Shown: positions 51,240 through 60,711 of the stretch, one piece after another | Layout of the letters: every line of letters begins with the position of its first letter | How positions within the stretch are numbered: position 1 is the stretch's first letter | IMG/VR virus record: IMGVR_UViG_3300005663_000032 | DNA length: 64,000 nt | Source of the DNA: an uncultured virus (IMG/VR IMGVR_UViG_3300005663_000032) | Taxonomy: Duplodnaviria; Heunggongvirae; Uroviricota; Caudoviricetes | Reading direction: 5' to 3' (one strand) | The notes under the pieces: generated by a model | What the model saw: the letters and a program-made list of their open reading frames with translations, nothing else | Told to the model about the DNA's origin: nothing | Databases searched by the model: none | Made by a program: the position numbers and the translations under genes

Positions 51240-52241
51240 ATGTCATTAGAAAATAAGGAACAAAATGAAATTTGTGATTTATGCGATAGTGTAGAACCAG
51301 ATCAACACTGTATAGATTGTCAAATTTTGGAGAAAGAGAAAACTGAAGATGGAATGGGCTTTCTACAAAATATCTATCGGAACAGAAAATCTATTTACAT
51401 CACATCCATTCTATTCATCTATTATATCAAACTAGAGGATTTTAAGAAGTTTTTCTGGTATCTTGAGAAAGAAGACATGACAACATGGATTCAGCAGGTA
51501 TTGTTAGCATGGTCGATTCCACTTGTTTTCTATGCAATGGGGACAATGATGTTTACAGATGATAAACGCCAAAATCCTCTCAATGTATTGTTAGTATGGT
51601 TTGCGGGGATTCCAATGATGGTATGGGCATTTGATATGGAAGATTGGTTATTGTTAGATGTCATTCGCATCAACGAGATAATGAGCATCAGAGCAGTGGG
51701 GTTGGAAACCTACTCATATTATTACATGTTTGCTATTGCATTTACTGAGGAATTAATCAAGATGTTGGTGATGGCTGCATTTTTGTTATTATATCATAAA
51801 GAACACAAAGGATTAGCAACATTGGGCGTTTCTGCTGCATTTGTTGCTTTTGAAGGAATGTTATACGCTACTCAGGGTGATGACATCCCACGCACTTGGT
51901 CTATTTTGGTAAGGCGTTTTGATGGTGGGGCAATGACTTTACATATGGCCACGGGTATGAGTGTATTGCTTATACTATATTTAATGGAAACCCCCCTTTT
52001 CAAATCAGAAAAATATCTCTGGGTAGTTTTTCCTATTTTCTTTTTTATTCTCAACACATATATTCATCTGATTTTCAATGTGAATGCACTAATATCTGCC
52101 TATGGCGTACATGAGACATTCATAGATCCTGCAATAATTGCATGGGTATACATTGTAATTCTAGCATTCGCCACATATCTAGCGCGATATCTTATCTTTC
52201 TTGACAGACAGAAAAAATTTGAAGGTAACCTTTTAACTTAA
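51240..52241 (+). CDS. PrsW-family intramembrane glutamic protease
   Basis: TEELIK, FVAFEG, LH, HLIFN motifs in a multi-TM protein; N-terminal CxxC...CxxC. Confidence 0.8.
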   Translation: MSLENKEQNEICDLCDSVEPDQHCIDCQILEKEKTEDGMGFLQNIYRNRKSIYITSILFIYYIKLEDFKKFFWYLEKEDMTTWIQQVLLAWSIPLVFYAMGTMMFTDDKRQNPLNVLLVWFAGIPMMVWAFDMEDWLLLDVIRINEIMSIRAVGLETYSYYYMFAIAFTEELIKMLVMAAFLLLYHKEHKGLATLGVSAAFVAFEGMLYATQGDDIPRTWSILVRRFDGGAMTLHMATGMSVLLILYLMETPLFKSEKYLWVVFPIFFFILNTYIHLIFNVNALISAYGVHETFIDPAIIAWVYIVILAFATYLARYLIFLDRQKKFEGNLLT

Positions 52242-52273
52242 GTATGTGGATACAAAATAAAGAATGAGGACAT

Positions 52274-53395
52274 ATGACTTCTGGTAAATCCCGAGATCAC
52301 CGTCGAAAAAAAGGCACTAAAACCGTTGATGTAAGTCATGAAGAACGTACATTTCGAAAACTTTCTAAGAAGAAAACTGCAGTTGCTTCTAGAATAAAAG
52401 ATCCCGATGTCAGACGTTCAAGACAGGAAAAGAAAGGCATTTATCTCGGTGAATACAGAAGGGCTATAGTTATTAAGAAACAGAAATTTGATGCAGCAAA
52501 ACGTTCTCAACAGGCAAAACTAAAAAGAGGAGATGATGATGGGCGAGAAATAAAACGCATGCAGGAATTACAAGACGATGTATCAACGCTGCGTTCAGAA
52601 ATGGATGCTGAATTAAGTGATCACCCACTATTTGCAATTCAACTGAATGACGATTTGGATGCCGATGAACAGCTTAGAGAATTCATGAAGCAAAAAGAAG
52701 AAGACTTCAAAAAAGAAACCGCTGAGACCGAAAAAGATAGAAAGAAACGTCTAAGTAAGGATAAAAAAGGAATTGCTCATGAGAAGGCCAAATCAAATAC
52801 AAAATTCACAGTGAAACGAAACCCCCGATTCTACAAAAAAGGATCGAGCAAAGTAAATTCGCTTAGCAAATTACAAGATCTTGCGGGCCAACAAACCGAC
52901 CGATCTCCCGATGCTAAATCTAAATATACCCGATATTATACTGAAGAAGGGACGAACGACCTTGTTTTCCAAACTATAATTGGGTCTCAAACAAGTAGTC
53001 AATATCTATTGGATTTAACAGTGACCGATATCGATGATGATCGTCTAAATATAACTCTTAGAGCTAGTGATAGTCATTCGGTAAAATCTGCACAAAAAGT
53101 CGAAGGTACGGCACCTGCCGCGCTCGGTACCAAACCATATGAGCCAACAAGACAAGACCGCGCACGCATTCGTCAACTAATCATAGATTTGGTAGATGAT
53201 AAATTTTCATTGCGTCCCGGATGGGATTCAAGAGAAGATCAGATCGACATTGCTTTAGATATCATTTTGCAACAAGTTGGTGGAACAATTGGCTCATCTC
53301 ATTTCTTTGAATTCACTATTGGGGATGGAGATCTTGACGTAAGAGTTCCAGGTCCAGATACTCACCCAATACCTGTAGAAAATGTTGTGAGATAA
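52274..53395 (+). CDS. charged protein with RDHRR N-terminal motif
   Basis: SRDHRRKKGTK N-terminus; coiled coil. Confidence 0.8.
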   Translation: MTSGKSRDHRRKKGTKTVDVSHEERTFRKLSKKKTAVASRIKDPDVRRSRQEKKGIYLGEYRRAIVIKKQKFDAAKRSQQAKLKRGDDDGREIKRMQELQDDVSTLRSEMDAELSDHPLFAIQLNDDLDADEQLREFMKQKEEDFKKETAETEKDRKKRLSKDKKGIAHEKAKSNTKFTVKRNPRFYKKGSSKVNSLSKLQDLAGQQTDRSPDAKSKYTRYYTEEGTNDLVFQTIIGSQTSSQYLLDLTVTDIDDDRLNITLRASDSHSVKSAQKVEGTAPAALGTKPYEPTRQDRARIRQLIIDLVDDKFSLRPGWDSREDQIDIALDIILQQVGGTIGSSHFFEFTIGDGDLDVRVPGPDTHPIPVENVVR

Positions 53396-54420
53396 TGACT
53401 AGGGACTATCGCAGGGCCCAAAAAGGCAAACCAGTTACCGTGAAACACAAAAGAAAGAAAGTGAGTCACGGGACTGAGAAAAAACTAAAAGGAAAAACTT
53501 CATTAAAACCTTCATTTGATTTTGGAAAGAAGAAAAAATCTGTCAAGACAGTAAAATCTCCTAGAAAAGTAAAAGCACTGAAATTACCATCTAATTCTGA
53601 GGCAATTGTTCACTCATTATTATCTCCAACTAAAAATGAAAATGAACAACTTGTATTGATTCGACACAGACCAACTGGTGATACAGTTTATTTCGTGCAA
53701 GAAGGGGATAACGCTTCACTCACAACTGATTCGAAATATTATAGTGGGAAAAAGAAATCTATGACTGAGATTCACACACATCCAAGAAATTCTCCTCATT
53801 CAGATGAGGATCTATGGACACTATTGTCTCACGACCAAGTAAAGAAATCAGAAGTACTTACATCCAATGATATTATATTTATTATGGAGAAATCCAAATC
53901 AACTCCCCCTGCTTCACAAATCGATCGAGAGGAATTTGATAATAACTGGAAACAATCAATCGAAGAGGCAACTGAATTGCATTCTAGAATGAAAGAGATG
54001 CCAACCGGGGCTCAACAGGATAGTGATCGTGCCTTTTATATTATAGTTAATCAGAAAATGGCTGAAAAATATGGATTGAAGTGGGATGTTGCCAAACGGG
54101 AAGAACAAATTGCTGCTCACGCAGAAAAAACAATGAAACACTTTGAACTATCTGATGATGATTCAATAGAATTAATTGCAATCGAACAAGGAGTTGTAGA
54201 ATATAGAAATGAATATAAAACAAATCCGACTCCTGAGAACTTTGAAAGATTTCAGAGAGCAATAGAAGAAAGAGATGATCTTCGTACAACTCTAATTGAT
54301 TCTGATACAGATAGAAGAGATGCAAATCTTGCTAACATGATTGTTGATTCCAGAAGAGATGATGTGATTAATGCGGCCCCTGATACAAAAAGATCTACAA
54401 GAGGAGTTAGTTTCAACTGA
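53395..54420 (+). CDS. JAB/MPN (JAMM)-motif protein with RDYRR N-terminal motif
   Basis: EIHTHPRNSPHSDEDL fits HxH-x-S-xx-D, with upstream NEQLVLI. Confidence 0.7.
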   Translation: MTRDYRRAQKGKPVTVKHKRKKVSHGTEKKLKGKTSLKPSFDFGKKKKSVKTVKSPRKVKALKLPSNSEAIVHSLLSPTKNENEQLVLIRHRPTGDTVYFVQEGDNASLTTDSKYYSGKKKSMTEIHTHPRNSPHSDEDLWTLLSHDQVKKSEVLTSNDIIFIMEKSKSTPPASQIDREEFDNNWKQSIEEATELHSRMKEMPTGAQQDSDRAFYIIVNQKMAEKYGLKWDVAKREEQIAAHAEKTMKHFELSDDDSIELIAIEQGVVEYRNEYKTNPTPENFERFQRAIEERDDLRTTLIDSDTDRRDANLANMIVDSRRDDVINAAPDTKRSTRGVSFN

Positions 54421-54472
54421 AATTTAAACACATGCGACAAGTTTTTCATATGGGAGAACTAAGGTGAATTAG

Positions 54473-55216
54473 ATGGCTGAATCACGTGATCATCGTCGAA
54501 AGAAAGGAACTAAACCTATCAAGGTCTCTGGTAAGCCGACGAAACACAAGGAGAAAAACTTCTCAATCAAACCTACCAATCGCTATTTACCTGAACTGAA
54601 AGAAGTGTCAGAAGATATGGGGGCTGATTTAATTGCGGGTGATATTGATGAAGTTGCTGCAGATAAAGAGCGAGCATTAGCGATTCGCGCTTCGGCCGAC
54701 AAAGAACTTCACAGCCTTGATAATGCAATTGTTCGTCCAATGCTAATAACACCAATGGCACAGGCAACTATAAACGATCCGCCTGAAAACGTACAACAGG
54801 CATTTGCACAATCTCGAATTCATATAGTAAGAACTAATGGTTTTTTAGAATCACAGAAGAAAAACCGGGAACATTATCTGAATCCACAGGTTATGGCGGC
54901 ACCTAATGTTAGACGGGATACAAAAATAATTCTGATTCAGGCAAAATTAGATGTTGAAACATACAAAATTAATTTAGATGAACCACTTATTGCAGATCAA
55001 TATGGAAATATTCCTCCATTGGCATCTCCAAAAGAAATGACTTTTCTTCACACAATAATGCCACAAGATCAACATTTGGAGGGAGATATTGCTCAACTAC
55101 ATTTATATTTATTGACAAACCTTAGACCTGATCAGAAACCCGATGCCATATCTCTTGCACAGGCATACATTCAATACCGATTGGCACTAATCGTACTTCG
55201 AAGAGGTAGTAACTAA
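54473..55216 (+). CDS. protein with RDHRR N-terminal motif
   Basis: SRDHRRKKGTK identical to the 52274 ORF; AAACACATGC motif upstream. Confidence 0.8.
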   Translation: MAESRDHRRKKGTKPIKVSGKPTKHKEKNFSIKPTNRYLPELKEVSEDMGADLIAGDIDEVAADKERALAIRASADKELHSLDNAIVRPMLITPMAQATINDPPENVQQAFAQSRIHIVRTNGFLESQKKNREHYLNPQVMAAPNVRRDTKIILIQAKLDVETYKINLDEPLIADQYGNIPPLASPKEMTFLHTIMPQDQHLEGDIAQLHLYLLTNLRPDQKPDAISLAQAYIQYRLALIVLRRGSN

Positions 55217-55291
55217 AAAACATATCTAGCTATGAAAAATCTACCCGTTCATCCTCAAAATTTTTAATAAACATGTTCAATCTACTATTAG

Positions 55292-55852
55292 ATGTTTGTG
55301 TCTGATGACCAGTGTTTGCTTTGCAGTGCCGGTAAAACCCCGATACGGCGGCACTGGTGTACCGATAGTCAAGTGGTTGTCGGATTACTTTTATTACAAT
55401 ATAAATTTGTAGGGGGAAATATACATTCATCTACACTAAGAAATGCATTAATGTCTTCTCCTCTTGATATGTCTCCATCGCGGGCGACAAAAACCATGAA
55501 GGCACTGAGAGAGGGAAATACTGCTAGATGTGTGGGATGTTATGATCCAAAATGTCTCAATTTTATATGTACTCATGAATGCGACCATGATTTGAATAAA
55601 TGTAAAAAATCATGTAGACATTCCTGTTTGTTTGATGGTTGCGAACATCTCTGTATTGAATGCAGTGAAAAATGCGAGGAAACACATAGTTATTTCATCA
55701 GCCTTGTGGATGTTTTGGACCCAAGAAGATCAAAAATATGGATTTCTCCAATAGGGTTACAATATTTAGATTATAAAATGGAAAACTTAGTACAAAAACG
55801 AGTGGAAATGCCACTGGAATATGAGGGATTATTGGCTGAAAACGCAATATAG
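55292..55852 (+). CDS. MarR-like winged-helix protein with Cys/His-rich insertion
   Basis: SPSRATKTMKALREG ... DPRRSKIWISPIG split by a Cys-rich segment. Confidence 0.6.
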   Translation: MFVSDDQCLLCSAGKTPIRRHWCTDSQVVVGLLLLQYKFVGGNIHSSTLRNALMSSPLDMSPSRATKTMKALREGNTARCVGCYDPKCLNFICTHECDHDLNKCKKSCRHSCLFDGCEHLCIECSEKCEETHSYFISLVDVLDPRRSKIWISPIGLQYLDYKMENLVQKRVEMPLEYEGLLAENAI

Positions 55853-55855
55853 GAA

Positions 55856-56314
55856 TTATATTTTCCGATAATCTAGCACAAATACTTCTTTATCAATTTC
55901 TAGAGGGTCTGTATACGTAATAACTTTCTTTAGTATTTCGCCTTTTTCAATTTTTCCTTCAATTTCACGCCAATCATTATATGATACAGAATATAATATA
56001 TAATGATCATTAAAAAGACTTTCAAAAGCCACAATTGGTTGAATCACCTCAAATAAATTTGGAATTACTCGCCATTTTTTCTTAACCCTTAAACACATTA
56101 TTTCATCCTCAGACCATCCCTTTTGATATACTCTAATCATGGGCATATATCCAGCGGGAGTAGTTAAAGCAGCGGGGTCATAATCAACTACAAATACAAC
56201 ATATTGTATATTTCTCCTGTTTTCAACTACTTGCACAAGGCGGTCTAAAATTACTAGAAAAACAGGGATACCAATTAGTGTAAAAATAACCCCGTAGATA
56301 AAATGTATTAGCAT
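55856..56314 (-). CDS. N-terminally anchored hypothetical protein
   Basis: N-terminal TM. Confidence 0.7.
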   Translation of the reverse strand: MLIHFIYGVIFTLIGIPVFLVILDRLVQVVENRRNIQYVVFVVDYDPAALTTPAGYMPMIRVYQKGWSEDEIMCLRVKKKWRVIPNLFEVIQPIVAFESLFNDHYILYSVSYNDWREIEGKIEKGEILKKVITYTDPLEIDKEVFVLDYRKI

Positions 56315-56426
56315 AGCTATAAGTTAATTTTTGTTTATTTAAATATTGGGAATAATTGCTTTTCATCCTTTTAAATTTCAACAATTATCCTCAATACTTA
56401 AATAATTATTATGAGATTGTTAAATA

Positions 56427-57248
56427 ATGAACTACAAACTTCTAATTATACTTTGTATATTAATAATTCCAACATCTTCGAAAGGGAATGTGGAACTATT
56501 TTCTGAACAATATGTAGTCGAGGTAGGCAATGACTGGGTGACTCTAAATGTTCCAGGGGATGTATATGGTTGGCTCAATCTAACTGCTGCAATCTCTAAC
56601 ACAACTGACCAAAACGATCCAACTCATCGAAATATATATGAACGAGTGCGTCTTATGTTTGGAAGTGCTGAATGTGGCTTGGGTCGATATGGCCCATATA
56701 TTAACCATGGCGATGAATGGCCACAAGATCACGTTATTGCATCATGTACTATGAAAATTGATCATACCGACTCCTCAGGTTCAATAATTTATGAAAAATA
56801 TCCTTCTTATTACACGCATTACTTCCCTTTAGAGATTCCATTCGATACGAATATAACCCTTTCAATGGAACTAAATGGAACTCATGGATTCTTTTATATA
56901 AATAATTTTTATATGAACACTACGGTAATATATCCCGAAGAATATGTTCCTCCTCAAGAGCGACATACTCGTATTGATATCGATAGGGCGCATTATAACG
57001 TATCAAATATCTGGGTAGTTGATTATACATATGCTCCTTACCAAATTAAAACCATAGTCGAAACGACTATTGCCACTGAAACCTATACTGTGAATTCAAC
57101 AATCAGCGAAACAACCACTGAAATCAGTACCGTATTTGTTTTGGATAATAAAAATTCACCAAATGCATTACCAATTCCAACATATTTGGTGATTTTAGCA
57201 CTCCCAATCATGATTTTCATAAGGAAAAAACTGACTAAAACTGTCTAA
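56427..57248 (+). CDS. surface protein with Thr-rich linker and LPIP-TM-basic sorting signal
   Basis: Signal peptide; SPNALPIPTYLVILALPIMIFIRKK. Confidence 0.85.
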   Translation: MNYKLLIILCILIIPTSSKGNVELFSEQYVVEVGNDWVTLNVPGDVYGWLNLTAAISNTTDQNDPTHRNIYERVRLMFGSAECGLGRYGPYINHGDEWPQDHVIASCTMKIDHTDSSGSIIYEKYPSYYTHYFPLEIPFDTNITLSMELNGTHGFFYINNFYMNTTVIYPEEYVPPQERHTRIDIDRAHYNVSNIWVVDYTYAPYQIKTIVETTIATETYTVNSTISETTTEISTVFVLDNKNSPNALPIPTYLVILALPIMIFIRKKLTKTV

Positions 57249-57286
57249 AACCTTTCTAGAAGCCCTGAACTCCTTCAAAACAGCCT

Positions 57287-57310
57287 AAAACTGCATAACC
57301 TTTATATATG
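57287..57310 (+). promoter_or_regulatory. promoter of the small-ORF array (AAAACTGCATAA + TTTATATA)
   Basis: Archaeal TATA box; same 12-mer at 60668. Confidence 0.65.
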
Positions 57311-57367
57311 ATAAATGCGTATATTATTATGAGAGACTACGTTCCGTAGGCCTCAAGGAGCTCTCTA

Positions 57368-57580
57368 ATGCCAACTAACTACAAATATCAAGCAACACAA
57401 AATGTGTCTAATGCTCGAAAAACTGTTGGAACAGACAATTTAGAGGGTGCAAAGGCACAGAAAACAAAAGGAAAAAACACAAATCCAGAAACAGGTCATC
57501 GAAGCTCTTGTAACTGCCTCGATTGTCGGCGTTACTGGGCAAGGATGAAAACTCCTGAATTTATTGAAAACCATTCTTAA
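57368..57580 (+). CDS. small protein with HxxxCxCxxC motif
   Basis: AGGAG upstream; HRSSCNCLDC. Confidence 0.65.
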   Translation: MPTNYKYQATQNVSNARKTVGTDNLEGAKAQKTKGKNTNPETGHRSSCNCLDCRRYWARMKTPEFIENHS

Positions 57581-57647
57581 AACCTCTCGAAAGAGGCTAA
57601 TTAGACTCTAATAGAGACCGTCGCAAGCGAATTGCAGGAAATCAAAA

Positions 57648-58016
57648 ATGCAAAACACATATAATTTTGAAAACATCGCACATTATCTTATTAGATATCT
57701 AGCAAACCTACATTGGTTAATAGATGGTAAAACTCACAAAATCATATTTGACAAAGGAATTTCACTTGATGTTACTAATTATTTAGTAGCTCGCCCCAAA
57801 GCAATTGAGTGGGGGATTCCACACTCCTCGCAATTTAATGCGACCGATTATGGAATATGTGCATTCGAATTTATTCTTACGAATAAAGAATCAATGGATC
57901 GCTATTTTGTATTCGGATATGAGGACAAACCCCTAATCCAAGAGCTGCCTATTGTGTCTGACGGTACTGACATTTCTTTACCGATGCTTATAGATGCATT
58001 AATGGCAACCAAATAA
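57648..58016 (+). CDS. hypothetical protein (repeat-flanked)
   Basis: Exactly fills the space between repeat copies. Confidence 0.7.
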   Translation: MQNTYNFENIAHYLIRYLANLHWLIDGKTHKIIFDKGISLDVTNYLVARPKAIEWGIPHSSQFNATDYGICAFEFILTNKESMDRYFVFGYEDKPLIQELPIVSDGTDISLPMLIDALMATK

Positions 58017-58042
58017 AACATCTGCCCGAAAGGGCCTAATTC

Positions 58043-58258
58043 ATGTCTATACAAAAAGAACTAACACTTGAAGAACTTTTAGATAAAATCTATCCTCTTG
58101 AGGAATGGATTATTATTATAGATGAAATGCCAGTACCTGATGAGCACAAATACGTTTACTCTCTTGGAGTAAAATCAATCGCTGAATCAGGCCAAGAACT
58201 CACTGTAAAACGAGTTCAACACTTAATAGAAAATCAGATTAATTTTATATATACCTAA
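58043..58258 (+). CDS. hypothetical protein (repeat-flanked)
   Basis: ATG directly after CTAATTC. Confidence 0.65.
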   Translation: MSIQKELTLEELLDKIYPLEEWIIIIDEMPVPDEHKYVYSLGVKSIAESGQELTVKRVQHLIENQINFIYT

Positions 58259-58378
58259 AATTCTTAAACCTCTCGAAAGAGACTAATTCAGCCCCAAAAG
58301 GAACCTTGCTACAATCGATCGATAAGTACTTGGTTCCTAATAAGGGCGCAAATTAAAACCTTCAGAAGAGACTGATTC

Positions 58379-58696
58379 ATGACAGACAAAATCTTTCATA
58401 TCATAGACGAATCAATCGACTATTCAATTAAAGTCGAGGTTGCAGTGGCTGATGAAATCATTCGGTTTCAAAAAACAGGTACAATAATTGCAATTCCTGG
58501 CACAATCGTGGGGGCTCGCACTGACTGGGCTCCACCAATTATTAATCACTTTATAATGAGTGCCATTCTTGGACACCAATACGATGATGTGATTGATTAT
58601 GATAGTATATTATACAATCCATCATGTCCCAATGATGAACTAAAAAATAAAACAGTTATTGGTCTATGTGATCCCTGTTGGGCTCAACTTAGCTAA
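58379..58696 (+). CDS. hypothetical protein (repeat-flanked)
   Basis: Stop just before a repeat copy. Confidence 0.65.
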   Translation: MTDKIFHIIDESIDYSIKVEVAVADEIIRFQKTGTIIAIPGTIVGARTDWAPPIINHFIMSAILGHQYDDVIDYDSILYNPSCPNDELKNKTVIGLCDPCWAQLS

Positions 58697-58746
58697 CAAC
58701 TCATGCCCGAAAAGGGCCTAATTAAGATCTGAAAACAGATCAAAAC

Positions 58747-59010
58747 ATGGACAACACAGTTGCCCCCCTAGATCTCAGAGAGATCACACTCCGAAAGGAG
58801 ATTGCACATGCACTTGAGGTGCTTATGGAGTACTATGAGCGCCAAGCGAGTTTAGAAGAACGCGATGCAGAAATTGAATTCTGCTGTGGCTTAAATGCCC
58901 GAAACCCATGTCTTTACTGTAATGATCCTGACGATGAAGGGGATTATTACCTTGTTTGGTTTCGAAACTCAAGCTGCCGCGCAGTAAGAAGGCTGTTCTA
59001 CATTCATTAA
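58747..59010 (+). CDS. Cys-rich hypothetical protein (repeat-flanked)
   Basis: CC..CxxC..C; bounded by repeats. Confidence 0.65.
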   Translation: MDNTVAPLDLREITLRKEIAHALEVLMEYYERQASLEERDAEIEFCCGLNARNPCLYCNDPDDEGDYYLVWFRNSSCRAVRRLFYIH

Positions 59011-59103
59011 CATACCCGCCCGAAAAGGGCCTAATTAGCTTACTAACAATAAGACGTAATATTTTAGAATCGTATATATTCTTAGGAGATATCAGAGACC
59101 TTA

Positions 59104-59322
59104 ATGTTAGATCCATTAGATCCACGAATTGCCGCAATGATGCTGAGAATACTTTCAGAAAAATACAACATGCCAAGCCTTCCAAATAATACTAAACTTG
59201 AAGAGTGTTGGAAAATACTAGATATTCAACGAAAAAAATATAAAATTCCAACAGAAAACTTTGATTTTGCATTCTTATTTTGCGAAGCCCAAATCGAAAG
59301 ACTCGATAAAGCTCGTAATTAA
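59104..59322 (+). CDS. hypothetical protein (repeat-flanked)
   Basis: Bounded by repeats. Confidence 0.6.
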   Translation: MLDPLDPRIAAMMLRILSEKYNMPSLPNNTKLEECWKILDIQRKKYKIPTENFDFAFLFCEAQIERLDKARN

Positions 59323-59383
59323 CTCTTGGAAGACTGCCCGAAAAGGGCCTAATTAACTTATCAAATAATAAGAATACATTCTG

Positions 59384-59514
59384 CTGTAGTTTCGTTCGTC
59401 CGTAGGTATTGATTAATCAATAGAGGCGAACAACATGGGCCTAAGTGGTCCATGGTTCTATAGACTAATTCTATAGATCTGAAATTACAGTTCCCAAAGA
59501 TAGCCCTAATGGCT
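59384..59514 (+). ncRNA. candidate multibranch structured RNA
   Basis: 10-bp closing helix with a G-U pair, three inner hairpins, one further hairpin. Confidence 0.65.
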
Positions 59515-59599
59515 GAGGAGAACAACATATTTAGTTATTTTAAATCTAACAAATTTAATCTAGTCGTTTGTGGGGTCGTAATCCATAGGAAAAAACAAA

Positions 59600-59884
59600 A
59601 TGTACCAAAACAATGCACAAAATATCAACCTATGGACTTTCGTCCAGAACAAAAGACACATTGGTAGAACAATGTGGAAGAAACAAAGAGCCGCAAAACA
59701 AAAGCAACAAAGATACACAAAAATTAATTTAGGGCTCAAAACAATCTTAAATCAATTTTTATCTATTTTTAAGAAATCATATCAAAAGATATACAACAAA
59801 GTATATCAAGCTCATTTCGATGGGCTTAGATCTCTTAAGGAGAAATTAAATTGGGTATCTCGCCTAATAGGATTAAGGAGCTAA
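59600..59884 (+). CDS. basic hypothetical protein
   Basis: TAGGAAAAAACAAAATG leader. Confidence 0.6.
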   Translation: MYQNNAQNINLWTFVQNKRHIGRTMWKKQRAAKQKQQRYTKINLGLKTILNQFLSIFKKSYQKIYNKVYQAHFDGLRSLKEKLNWVSRLIGLRS

Positions 59885-60084
59885 GGGTGATGATCTTAAT
59901 GTTAGATTACCCCGAAACTCTGAGAGGCCAACTCGAATTGGCCTGTACTACACTTGAAGAAAAAGTCGAAGATAAAAAAATATATAACAAACTCCCTACA
60001 GATGAACAAATGGCAATGATCAAATCTATTCAGGAGCTCAAACACATAATTACAAATGAAACAGAAAAATTCTTAGATGATTAA
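59851..60084 (+). CDS. hypothetical protein
   Basis: AGGAG at 59876 suggests a start near 59887. Confidence 0.55.
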   Translation: MGISPNRIKELRVMILMLDYPETLRGQLELACTTLEEKVEDKKIYNKLPTDEQMAMIKSIQELKHIITNETEKFLDD

Positions 60085-60177
60085 AGGATTAACTTCCCAC
60101 AAAACTAATATAATTAAAAACTAATTCGCTTACTAAATAAGCCGTAATATCGGGATCGTATGCTCAGGAAAAAACAA

Positions 60178-60543
60178 ATGAAAGACCTTAACGAACTAAA
60201 AGAAGCTCTGTTGAAACTTCATAGAGCCAACACCTGCCCATTATCTACCGATCCATTTGAGGGAGTAGTAAAACTCTCAGATGTGGTAGAAATCGGAGAT
60301 GATATAATACTGAATAACCAAATCATTGAATTAGACGATGAATGGTATCTCAACACCGTTGTTGCATTTAGTAAATTCAAAGACATTGCCGCAAAATATG
60401 ATGAAACTGGCAACCGAACAAGATTACTAAAAATAGCTGGTGAAAATTATCGTAGATTTGCGATTGCTCCACATTACGGGCTAGCTGTTGCGGAAGATAT
60501 CAGAAAGAAAAATGAGGAATTCCAAAACAACCCTAGACTATAG
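60178..60543 (+). CDS. hypothetical protein (repeat-led)
   Basis: CAGGAAAAAACAAATG leader favours the 60178 start. Confidence 0.65.
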   Translation: MKDLNELKEALLKLHRANTCPLSTDPFEGVVKLSDVVEIGDDIILNNQIIELDDEWYLNTVVAFSKFKDIAAKYDETGNRTRLLKIAGENYRRFAIAPHYGLAVAEDIRKKNEEFQNNPRL

Positions 60544-60711
60544 GTCTAAACGGCCTAACCTTTAAATAATATAAATAAATTATTTCTCTCGGCGAAAAAA
60601 CATACTAGATTATTCAACAATCTAATTCAACATAACTGCTCAGACAGTTATTCTGAATATGGTCAACAAAACTGCATAAATCCTCATAAATTTAACATAA
60701 GGCAGTGACTA

